Assembly (NCBI GenBank): GCA_976551045.1
Contig: CDPCPM010000367.1
Span: 1,364,001 to 1,428,000, forward strand
Direction of reading: 5' to 3'
Length of the DNA stretch: 64,000 nucleotides
Origin: Glaucostegus cemiculus
Taxonomy: Eukaryota
This document shows, one piece after another, positions 37,323-47,135 of the stretch. Under the pieces are notes generated by a model. The model did no database searches and was not told the DNA's origin. It saw only the letters and a list, made by a program, of their open reading frames with translations. The position numbers and the translations under genes are program-made. Position 1 is the first letter of the stretch, and each line of letters begins with the position of its first letter.

Positions 37323-40300
37323 CTAACTCTTTCCACCCTCATATCCTACTATTCCACATTCTTCCATGTGCTTATCTAACAATCTCTTAAACCTGTCCAA
37401 CGTATCTACCTCCACTACCACCCCAGGCAGTGCATTCCATGCACCAACCACTCTCTGGGTGAAAAACTTCCCTCTGACGTCTCCCCTATACTTTTCACCT
37501 ATTATCTTAAAGGCATGCCCTCTCGTCTTGAGCATCTGCGCTCTGGGAAAGAGGCGCTGACTATTAACTCTATCTATTCCTCTCAATATCTTAAACACCT
37601 CTATCAAGTCCCCTCTCATCCTCCTCCTCTCTAATGAGTAGAGCCCTAACACCTTAAGCCTCTCTTTATATTCCATACCCTCCAATCCAGGCATCATCCT
37701 GGTAAAACGCCTCTGCACCCTCTCCAACGCCTCCACATCCTTCCTATAATGCGGCGACCAAAACTGAACACAATATTCCAAGTGCGGCCTAACTAGAGTT
37801 TTGTAAAGCAGCATCATCACCTCTCTGCTCTTGAACTCAATCCCTTTATTTATAAAAGCCAACATCCCATAAGCCTTCTTAACAGCCCTATCCACCTGCG
37901 AGGCAACTTTGAGCGAACTGTGGATATGAACCCCCAGATCCCTCTGCTCCTCCACACTGCCAAGAACCTTACCATTTACCTTATACTCTGTCCTGGAGTT
38001 TGTCCTCCCAAAGTGCACCACCTCACACTTCTCCGGATTAAACTCCATCTGCCACCTATCAGCCCATTTCTGCATCCTATCAATATCCCCCTGTAAGCTC
38101 CTACAGTCCTCCACACTATCTACCACACCACCGATCTTGGTGTCATCTGCAAACTTACCAACCCATCCCTCCACTCCTTCATCCAAATCATCTATGAATA
38201 TAACAAAGAGTAGAGGCCCCAGAACCGATCCCTGCGGGACTCCACTAGTCACAGCCCTCCAATCCGAGGGCACTCCCTCCACCATAACCCTCTGCCTTCT
38301 ACAGGAAAGCCAATTTCTTATCCACACAGCCAACCTCCCCTGGATACCTCGACCTCTGACCTTCTGAAGAAGCCTGCCATGAGGAACCTTATCGAACGCC
38401 TTACTAAAATCCATATACACTACATCCACCGCCCTGCCCTCATCAAGCTTCCTCGTCACCTCCTCAAAGAACTCTATCAGGCTCGTGAGGCAAGATCTTC
38501 CCTTCACAAAGCCATGCTGACTGTCCCTAATCAGTCCATGACTCTCCAAGTGCTCATAGATCCTGTCCCTCAAAATCCTTTCCAACAGCTTACCTACCAC
38601 AGACGTGAGGCTCACCGGTCTGTAATTTCCCGGACTATCTCTACTGCCCTTCTTAAACAAGGGAACAATATCCGCTACCCGCCAATCCTCCGGCACCATC
38701 CCCGTGGACAACGAGGACTCAAAGATCCTCACCAGCGGATCAACAATCTCCTCCCTCGCCTCCCGAAGCAGCCTGGGGAATATTCCATCGGGCCCCGGAG
38801 ACTTATCAGTCTTGATACTACTTAACAATTTCATCACCTCCTCCCTCTCTATAGCTACATACTCAAGAATATTACCCTTGTCAGCACTCACCGTCACATC
38901 ATCAAGGCCCCTCTCCTTGGTGAATACAGAGGAGAAGTATTCATTAAGTACCTCCCCTACCTCTGCCGCCTCCAGGCACATCCTCCCACCTTTGTCCTTA
39001 ATAGGCCCTACCTTTACCCTAGTCATCCTTCTGCCCTTCACATAAGAGAAAAAAGCCTTGGGATTTTCCTTAACCCTACGAGCCAACATCTTTTCATGTC
39101 CCCTTCTAGCTCTCCTCAGCTCTTTCTTAAGTTCCCTTCTCACTATACTATACTCCTCACGGGCCACATCAGAGCCTTGCCGCTTACACCTTACGTAAGC
39201 CTCCTTCTTCCTCCTAACCAGTCTTTCTACCTCTCTTGTCACCCACGGTTCCTTCACTATTCCATTCTTCCTCCGTCTTGCCGGAACATATCTGTCCCCA
39301 ACATCCTGTAAAACATCCCTGAACAACGTCCACATCTCTACAGTACACATCCCCTCAAAAAGGACTTCCCAATTTACACTCCCAAGCTCTTTCCTTATAG
39401 CCTCATAGTCTGCCCTACCCCAATTGAATATCTTCCTACGCTCCCTGCACTTATGCCTGTCCATGACAATTCTAAAGCTTATCGAGGAATGATCACTGTC
39501 TCCCAGAGGCTCACCCACTAGTAGATCTCTCACCTGTCCCGGTTCATTTCCTAAGACCAGATCCAACACAGCATTCCCTCTAGTCGGTTTGTCAACATAC
39601 TGCTCCAGAAATCCATCCTGGACACACTTAACAAACTCATTCCCATCCAAACCTCTGGCACTGAGCATGTCCCAGTCTATATTCGGGAAGTTGAAATCAC
39701 CCATTATTACAACCCTATTATCTTTGCTTCTGTCCAAGCACTGCCTGCCAATCTGCTCCTCTATATCCCTACTGCTACCTGGGGGCCTATAGTATACTCC
39801 CAGCAGCGTAACCACACTTTTCCTATTCCTCACTTCCACCCACACCGACTCGAAAGAGGATCCTTCCGCAAACTCAGCCCTTTCCGCAGCCGTAACATCA
39901 TCTCTGACCAATATCGCCACCCCTCCTCCTCTTCTCCCCCCCTCCCTATCCTTTTTAAAACACTGAAAACCAGGAATGTTCAATACCCACTCCTGCCCTG
40001 ACGACAGCCACGTCTCAGTTATGGCTACAATATCATAATCCCCCATACCTATCCAAGCCCTCAATTCATCACCCTTATTCCTAACACTTCTCGCATTAAA
40101 GTAAACACACTTTAACCCATCCAATTTAACCCTTTTATAGCCCTCATCCTGCCTCTCTCTCCCCAAAGCCTCATCACCTGCTCGATGCAACTCATCTCCA
40201 TCTTCAGTACACGTCGACGTGATCCTGCATACCTCCTCCTTTAAGCCATGTTGGTTTCCCTTGCCTTGCCTGTTTAGTTTATCCACCTTTTTACTATTAC

Positions 40301-40424
40301 TGCCTGTACACTGCTTCTCCTTCCTCAAAGCAACTCCATTTGTCAGATCTGCCTTTTCTGTAATCCCTACATCCTCTGACCAGCCCTCCTGGTTCCCAAC
40401 CCCCATCTCAACTAGTTTAAACAC
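37323..40424 (-). CDS. CR1 ORF2: APE endonuclease and reverse transcriptase (open from GTG at 40424, first ATG at 40406)
   Basis: YFNARS, ITETW, YYRPP, MGDFNFP, DSDH (APE); YRPVSLTS, DFSKAFD, GVPQGSVLGP, KFADD (RT); 1033 codons without a stop. Confidence 0.97.
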   Translation of the reverse strand: MFKLVEMGVGNQEGWSEDVGITEKADLTNGVALRKEKQCTGSNSKKVDKLNRQGKGNQHGLKEEVCRITSTCTEDGDELHRAGDEALGRERQDEGYKRVKLDGLKCVYFNARSVRNKGDELRAWIGMGDYDIVAITETWLSSGQEWVLNIPGFQCFKKDREGGRRGGGVAILVRDDVTAAERAEFAEGSSFESVWVEVRNRKSVVTLLGVYYRPPGSSRDIEEQIGRQCLDRSKDNRVVIMGDFNFPNIDWDMLSARGLDGNEFVKCVQDGFLEQYVDKPTRGNAVLDLVLGNEPGQVRDLLVGEPLGDSDHSSISFRIVMDRHKCRERRKIFNWGRADYEAIRKELGSVNWEVLFEGMCTVEMWTLFRDVLQDVGDRYVPARRRKNGIVKEPWVTREVERLVRRKKEAYVRCKRQGSDVAREEYSIVRRELKKELRRARRGHEKMLARRVKENPKAFFSYVKGRRMTRVKVGPIKDKGGRMCLEAAEVGEVLNEYFSSVFTKERGLDDVTVSADKGNILEYVAIEREEVMKLLSSIKTDKSPGPDGIFPRLLREAREEIVDPLVRIFESSLSTGMVPEDWRVADIVPLFKKGSRDSPGNYRPVSLTSVVGKLLERILRDRIYEHLESHGLIRDSQHGFVKGRSCLTSLIEFFEEVTRKLDEGRAVDVVYMDFSKAFDKVPHGRLLQKVRGRGIQGRLAVWIRNWLSCRRQRVMVEGVPSDWRAVTSGVPQGSVLGPLLFVIFIDDLDEGVEGWVGKFADDTKIGGVVDSVEDCRSLQGDIDRMQKWADRWQMEFNPEKCEVVHFGRTNSRTEYKVNGKVLGSVEEQRDLGVHIHSSLKVASQVDRAVKKAYGMLAFINKGIEFKSREVMMLLYKTLVRPHLEYCVQFWSPHYRKDVEALERVQRRFTRMMPGLEGMEYKERLKVLGLYSLERRRMRGDLIEVFKILRGIDRVNSQRLFPRAQMLKTRGHAFKIIGEKYRGDVRGKFFTQRVVGAWNALPGVVVEVDTLDRFKRLLDKHMEECGIVGYEGGKS

Positions 40425-41386
40425 TCATCAACCACCCAAGCATAACGTGTTGCCAGGATATTTGCCCCCCACCGGTTGGGGTGTAACCCGTCCTCTCTGT
40501 ACAGGTTCCACCTTCCCCAGAATAGATCCCAATTATCCAAAAATCTAAATCCCTCTGCCCTGCACCACTCTCTCAGCCACGTATTTAACTGCCTCCTCTC
40601 CCTGTTCCTAACTTCCCTATCACGTGGCACCGGGAGTAATCCAGAGATTACTACCCTTGAGGTCCTGGTCTTCAGCTTTCTGCCTAGCTCCCTGAACTCC
40701 CCTTGCAGGACCTCATCCCTCTTTCTACCTATGTCGTTGGTACCAACATGAACCACAACTACTGGCTGCTCTCCCTCCCGATTGAGAATCCGGGGAACCC
40801 GATCAGTAATATCCTGGACCCTGGCACCAGGGAGGCAACATACCATCCGGTATTCATGATCACTTCCACAGAATCTCCTATCTGTTTCCCTGACTATCGA
40901 GTCCCCTATCACCACTACATTACTCTTCACCTTCTTCCCCATCTGAGCAGTAGTACTGGTCATGGTGCCAGTGACCTGGGTACTTGTGCTTGGTCCCTGC
41001 AGGCTATCCCCCTCCACAGTTTCCAAAGTTGAAAACCTGTTACTGAGGGGAACAGCCCCCAGGGTGCCCTGCTCTACCCGCCTGTCTGCCTTCTTCTTCC
41101 TCTTCTCTCCCCTGACAGTCACCATTCTGTCTAATACCTGAGCTACAGAAGAGTCTGCTCTAAGGGGGGTGACCGTCTCCTGATGAACCGTATCAACATA
41201 GCTCTCTCCCTCCCGTATGCTGCGCAGTGTCTGCAGCTGCGACTCCAGCTCAACAACTCTGAGCCGAAGTTCCTCCAGCCACACACACTTGCTGCAGATG
41301 TAGTCAGTGTGGACCGCAGTACTGTCCACGACCTCCCACATCAAGCAGCTGCAGCATACAAGCCTGTCCTCCCCCTGACTGTCCAT
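40412..41386 (-). CDS. CR1 ORF1: zinc finger/coiled coil plus SGNH/GDSL esterase domain
   Basis: CCSC..CSKC, heptad LEELRLRVVELESQLQTL, VIGDSIV, VHVGTND and DGLHPN (Ser/Asp/His triad motifs intact); 324 aa. Confidence 0.95.
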   Translation of the reverse strand: MDSQGEDRLVCCSCLMWEVVDSTAVHTDYICSKCVWLEELRLRVVELESQLQTLRSIREGESYVDTVHQETVTPLRADSSVAQVLDRMVTVRGEKRKKKADRRVEQGTLGAVPLSNRFSTLETVEGDSLQGPSTSTQVTGTMTSTTAQMGKKVKSNVVVIGDSIVRETDRRFCGSDHEYRMVCCLPGARVQDITDRVPRILNREGEQPVVVVHVGTNDIGRKRDEVLQGEFRELGRKLKTRTSRVVISGLLPVPRDREVRNRERRQLNTWLREWCRAEGFRFLDNWDLFWGRWNLYREDGLHPNRWGANILATRYAWVVDECLN

Positions 41387-41810
41387 CTTTGACCTGGCTA
41401 AATCAGAACCACAAACTGTAATAGGCGACTAAGAAACCTTACCTCCACCTACTTACCAGATACTTACTTACTCTGCTTGCCCCTTCTCGCCGAAGCCCCT
41501 TGAGCCTAAGCCCAGGTCACTCTGCTCCCCCTCACTCAGCTGCCCGCTCCGACGCTGCCCGCTCTTTCGGCCGGCTGCCTTTTTAAGCTGCCCGCGCCGC
41601 GCCTGCGCAGACCAGCCCCCACTCAAGCACTTACAAACTTTTACAACCCTACTCAATTACCTGAAATAAACACACTAACCCTAGTTAATTCTACCCCTAA
41701 TGGAATCTAACCCTTACTCTTACGATCCAATAAAAAAAAAGATAGAAAGAAAAACACTTAACTGCCCTGAAGACCTCCGAAGCTTTCCGAAGTCCCCCGA
41801 GTCGCAAAAG
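41387..41810 (-). promoter_or_regulatory. CR1 5' UTR / putative internal promoter
   Basis: CpG-rich core at 41480-41620 with TGCGCAGGCGC (NRF1-like) and repeated gcgggcagc. Function is inferred. Confidence 0.55.
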
Positions 41811-42642
41811 ACTGCTTAAAACAGTTGAATCCAACAACATGAAAGGTCTCGGTCTGACATGCTGACTATCCATTACCCTCCACAGATACTACCTAACCCA
41901 GTGAGTTCCTCTGGCAGTTTGCTTTTTGCTCCAGATTCCAACGTTTGCAGTCTCTTACATCTCCAGAAGTGAAATGATATGTCTTCACCCAGAGAGTCAT
42001 AAATCTTTAGAATTCTCTAACCTAAGAGAGCTGTGGAGGCTCAATCACTGAGTATATCCAAGACACAAATCAATAGATTTCTGGATTTTCAGGGAAATAA
42101 ATTCATGTCACTTTCCCTCACTGAAGTAAATGGTGAGCTATTAATGTTATCGGATGGTGAAACTGGCACAAGTGGCCAAATAGTTCTTCCTACTTTTCTT
42201 TTTTATGCTCTTTCATTCCTTTATTCTCTCACTGTTGATTCTGCAGTCTCAGCAACAACTTGCATTTATTGTGTGGTAACAAACAATCTCTGGGCTGAAG
42301 AGAGTAGTGCAGCCACTTCCATCACATCCCACAGAAGATGATGAAACAGACCATAGGATCTAGGTGGTCTGCAACACATGGAAGAAGTGCTGCCAGTGCC
42401 CATTTTCCATGCCAGACCTGAGTACCACCTTCCAGCACTGAGTAACATCACCACCCACTGCCCGGCTCCCCTATTACCAGCTCTTAGAGCAACCTTTCCA
42501 TATGGAGCTGTGGGCAGTTCCCTACTGGGGGAGTTCCAGCAGAGGGAAGGGATTTGCACCAGGCTCCTAGCCCAGCAGCGGGGGCAAATAGAGATTCCTC
42601 TCAGCTTCCTGGCACAGTGCATAGCCCAAGCAGATGTTATTT

Positions 42643-42935
42643 ATAAGGTAAGATCTTTATCAGTCACATGTACATCGAAACACACAGCGAAATACATCTT
42701 TTGCATAGTGATTTTTGCGGGCAGCCCGCAAGTGTCACCACGCTTCCAGCGCCAACATAGCATGCCCATAACTTCCTAACCTGTACATCTTTGGAATGTG
42801 GGGGGAAACCGGAGCACCCAGAAGAAACCCACACAGACACGGGGAGAACGTACAAGCTCCTTACAGACAGTGGCTGGATTTGAACCCGGGTCACTGGCGC
42901 TTTAAAGCATTGTGCTAACCACTGTGCTACCGTGT
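42643..42935 (-). mobile_element. V-SINE
   Basis: Near-complete copy with B-box-like gggttcaaatcc, V-core and gatgtacatgtgactgataaagatctta tail. Confidence 0.88.
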
Positions 42936-43879
42936 CGAGTATGTACCTGTAATGACCAAGAGCACTACAATAAATCAACATCTAGTTGGGTTTGGCAATA
43001 TGAGGTCCCAGTATATCTCAAATAGATCCATGATTTTTCTTGTTGCAAGTTGACTTTATAAGAATTGCATTTATGGATATGAATTGCTCATTACGTATCT
43101 TAATAATTACTTGCACGTGAAACTATCATTGTTTACAATTGAGAAAAAAACAAAGATTTATCCAAATATGTAACATGCTTCAATGAAACATGTAGATTTA
43201 ATATAGCTTGTTCAACATCTTTCAATCTAAAAGGATAGTACAAAGAAATAAGTCAGGGTTGCATACTAGTGATCATTTTGATTCCTCACTTCCGATGAAG
43301 AGCTTCATCCACTAAGAATGGGTAACAGAAATTTTAGTGCTTGCAGCATAATCCTGCAGACAATAAAATGATAGGAATATCATACACATTGAAGGTCTAA
43401 TTTTCCATTAAAGCACCATTAATGGACAAATCAGAAAACGATCGCTTATTGTAACTGAGAAGCAAATGTATTGGAGTTGTGAGATTGAATTAAAATCTGT
43501 GAAAGCAGCATTCCTTTAGTGCTATACAGAACTGTCAGTCTCAATGATGTGCTCAAGCCTCCACTTGGAGCTAAACCTAAAGGGAAGATAGTGCAACACT
43601 CTAAAGGAGGTAGAAGACCAGAAGGGACAAAGGGCCACCGTGGTTGTATCAATACTGATGTGTCTATTTTCATGTACTGGAACCTTTCTTCCTGTTTCTC
43701 TTAGGAATATTTAGTTACAAGGCAGGAGGCCCGTCAGCCCAATGCCAATTCCTGACAGAGAAAGTCATTAGTTCCATTCCCCACCCCCTTACATAGCTAC
43801 CTATAGTCCTGCATCTTATTCCCTTTCATATGCCCATCAATTCCCACTTACCTATTCTCAAGCTAATTTACAACAGCCA

Positions 43880-44025
43880 TTTAACCTACATCCTTGAGAT
43901 ATGGGAGGTGAGCAGAGCACATGGTGGAAGTCCACACAGTCTGAAGGAGATTATGCAAATTTCATATCGGTAGCTCCTGAAGGCAAAGTCCCTGGAGTTT
44001 TGAGGCAGCAGTTCCGACTGCTGTG
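43880..44025 (-). mobile_element. Old decayed V-SINE
   Basis: tgggaggtgagcagagcacatggtggaagtccacacagtc resembles the reverse complement of the V-core. Confidence 0.45.
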
Positions 44026-45319
44026 ACGTGCTTGTATGATTGACAATACACCAGATGGCTGATGAATAAGCACAGTGATTTAAGGGCCTGGATTCTTTCC
44101 TATTTTGTATCTTTTGAGCATAATAGAAAACACCCCATTGAGACAGAACTCAGCCAATTTACCAGAATATAATAAATGGAGATAAATAAGAGAAACGAAC
44201 AGAGTCAAAAATTCCAGGTTTGGCACTTCTCAAATTACGTTAAATGATAAAATATAACTCTTGTATTTTTTTGTTCAATTGGTAGAACAAGTGTCATGAG
44301 AAAATACATTTTGAACCAGAAAACTAATGAGTTAATCACTGGGAGCACTGTACAGGTCTACAAACGTGTTGTACAAAGCAGACCCTTAAACTGTAATTGA
44401 AAAGTGGTTTTTTTCTCTTCCTTAATGAGAATGTGAAAATTGGGCAGAACTCCATGTCAGACTTTGGTGCCCTTTTGGGTTAAAAGGGTAAGAAAGTAAA
44501 GAAGTCAGAAATCAGAATAAAGACAAACAATAAATTTAGCATGAGACTGATTCTCTTGTTTGAAGCTCTTTAATTCGCAGAAGGCAACGTTATCAAATTT
44601 GGTACCTTATGAATTACAGTAGCGTCAGATTTTTGTTAGACTGTGGCTCATCTGTCAATATTTTGTATCAGGGTGAATTCTCATTTCCTTTAGACATCTG
44701 AGGGTGACAGCATAAATATTATTGCTTCATCAAACTGTATTGATGCCACTGAGGAAATGAAGTATTAGTGTTAGAGATCTAAAGAACAGCAGGGAACAAA
44801 ACATTGAGCTCTAGATAGTTCCAAGTGGATGCCATTCTAGCGGCAACTAATGACAGAGAATCATAATAACCCAACTCAAAAAAAAGGATACCATCAGGAT
44901 ATACCGTTGGAAAGATATAGTCACAAAAAACTCAGCACCTTCAAACTGATCCCAAATTTCCACCTCACGGTTGCCAGCAGGAAAATAGTTGCAGTTGTAA
45001 ATAAACTGGCCAAGAAGTGCATTGATGACCTTGCTGATACAAAGGTTCTTCCACCAATCAATACTGTGACTGATTAGGACCTTCACCGATAGTGATAATG
45101 AAAGAGAATGATTTAAAGTAAGCCTGTGTATTGAGGTAAAGATAAAGCCTTCAGACATAATTACTACTCTTTCAGATCACAGTGATGTCTGCTGAACTAA
45201 TGAAAGTAAATGTACACACAGTGGTAAATGCAAGGAATGAGTTTGACATGAAATGTCTTTCCAGACAATTCTAACAACATTTCAGGAAACATCATTGGCA
45301 TGTTACAGATACAAGCACA

Positions 45320-45885
45320 CATATTAGGAGCAGGAGTCGGCCACTCAGCCCCCAAGTTTACTCTTGTTCCTATTATGGTTGTCCATATGTACACCTTGCA
45401 AATAGTGTCAAGGCTGATCTGATTGTAACTTCAATTCCTGCATTCCCGTCTATCCACAGAAATTTTCTATCTGCTTTCTTATCAAGAATCCATCTGCCTC
45501 TGCTTTAAATATATTCAAAGGTTCTGCTTCTATTGTCCTTTAAGGAAGAGAGTACCAAAGACTCATGACCCTCTGAGAAAAAAAATCAATTTTTCTGTCT
45601 TAAATGAATGGCTTCTATATCTCAGAGTAACATTTAGTTCTAGATTCTCACCCAAGATTCTCCTCTTCACATCCACCCTTTCAAGAGTCCTCGGGATCTC
45701 ATTTGTTTCAATGAAATTCCTTTTCACAGTTTTAAACTCCAGTGGATACAAGCCCAGCCTGACCAATCTTTCCTCAGAAGACTACTAGCCCATTTCGGGC
45801 ATCAGCAGCACATACTTACCCTGAACTGTTCCAATGCATTGACATCCTTCCTCAAATAAAGATGCTGATACAGTACACATTACTG
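45320..45885 (-). mobile_element. Old CR1 3' fragment
   Basis: RLGLYPLEFK..KRNFIET..LERVDVKR translation; taggagcaggagtcggcca tail. Confidence 0.7.
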
Positions 45886-45989
45886 CAGTTTTATTTCTGC
45901 ATGTCCTTTATAAATCTGGCACCTGATAGACCACCTGCTCCAACTGTTTATCAATTTGGAATCAGCAGGAGTGAAATCTGTGTTTTTAC

Positions 45990-46127
45990 CTGTACTACAT
46001 CAATGCACTCTGTACTAACTCAGTGTAACTGCACTGTGTAATGAATTGACCTGTATGATCGGTTTGTAAGATAAGCTTTTCACTGTACCTCGGTACAAGT
46101 GACAATAATAAATCAATACCAAATACC
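45990..46127 (+). mobile_element. Rex1-type LINE 3' UTR end
   Basis: caatgcact..gtaatgaattgacctgtatg..ttttcactgtacctcggtacaagtgacaataataaatcaatacc matches the 3' end of the element at 32531. Confidence 0.7.
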
Positions 46128-46949
46128 ATGCAGTTGGGCCACTAGCAAGACCAATGAGCATCACCAATGAAGGCAAGAAACTAATATCATAGCAACCTTT
46201 TCTAACATAAAAGAACATTTCTTCTGCATTGTTTGGTAACAAATTAAAACACTAACATCTTGTAAAGTAGGGCTTTTGAACTATATTACAAACCAATGAT
46301 CAAAACAAGAAGCTGTTGTGTAAAAACATGAAAATTATGTTGTCATCTTACAGGTTTGCAAATCTTTTCTTAAAATCATTTTTTTTTTTGAAAATTAAAC
46401 TTTAGGCTGAGTCTATAATTTTTTTATGGAAAATTACAACTGGGAGGAGTAATTCCTTGATGCAACTCATTCAACAAAGATTACAATTGCAACCACAACC
46501 AATGTAAAACAATTCTTTGGGCCAATTGATTGTTCTAACAATTAGACTGAAAATCATTTTGTGCATTTTAGAAACTTGATTACCTCCATGAAAACAAATT
46601 CACCACATTTGAGCACTATTGTCTCAAATCCATTATGTGGGAAGTTAATCTTATTAAAACATTTAACATACTGTTTATTCTATGCCGTTCATTTCTTAAA
46701 CAACTAAACCATTATTAAATTCCCTTAGGATAGCAAATAGTCAGAAATGAAGATATTAATATTTAATTTACACTAAACTGTTGATAGATTACTAATTTCT
46801 GTCTTGCAGTTTTATATTGACATTGGGTACCTTCCCCAAAACAAGGAGTTTGGGTTTGAACTGAAGTCTATGCTTATTAATTACTGTGACAATCCCATCC
46901 AGGTTTTACAACAATCTTAAAAGAAGAACATTAAGCAATTTTGAAAATA

Positions 46950-47135
46950 TTGTCACTGGGCCCAAATCATGGAACCACCCATATACCACCCCACCCCACA
47001 ACAGCATTATTTGGAGTAAGTTCACAGGGACTGCAATGGCTGAGAAGGTGGTTCAATGCCACCTACTCAAAGACATTCAGGGATGGGCAATATATGGTGG
47101 ACTTGCCAACAATGCACTCATCCAGAAAAAAAAAG
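46950..47135 (+). mobile_element. Old CR1/L2-group LINE 3' end
   Basis: ggactgca..gaaggtggttca..ccacct.ctcaa..agggatgggcaat..cttgccaacaatgcactcatcc followed by an A-run. Confidence 0.5.

Larger units (their letters stand above)
37228..41810 (-). mobile_element. Full-length, apparently intact CR1 LINE (about 4.6 kb)
   Basis: GC-rich 5' UTR, two uninterrupted ORFs, short 3' UTR with gggccgaagggcct stem motif and (TATTGTTC)4 tail at 37232-37263. No clear TSD. Confidence 0.96.
36262..41836 (-). mobile_element. Solo LTR (about 480 bp reconstructed) split into 36262-36427, 36938-37227 and 41811-41836 by two CR1 insertions
   Basis: On the minus strand it starts TGTTGGAT (41836) and ends ATCCGACA (36262), i.e. 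inverted termini. TATAAA near 37082-37087, AATAAA at 36399-36404. Continuity across the large CR1 is shown by the copy at 18338. Confidence 0.7.

Noticed and set aside
37366-41392. + strand ORFs overlapping the CR1 (for example 38379-38825 and 38704-39045)
   Set aside because: Antisense shadows of CR1 coding sequence with no independent motifs.
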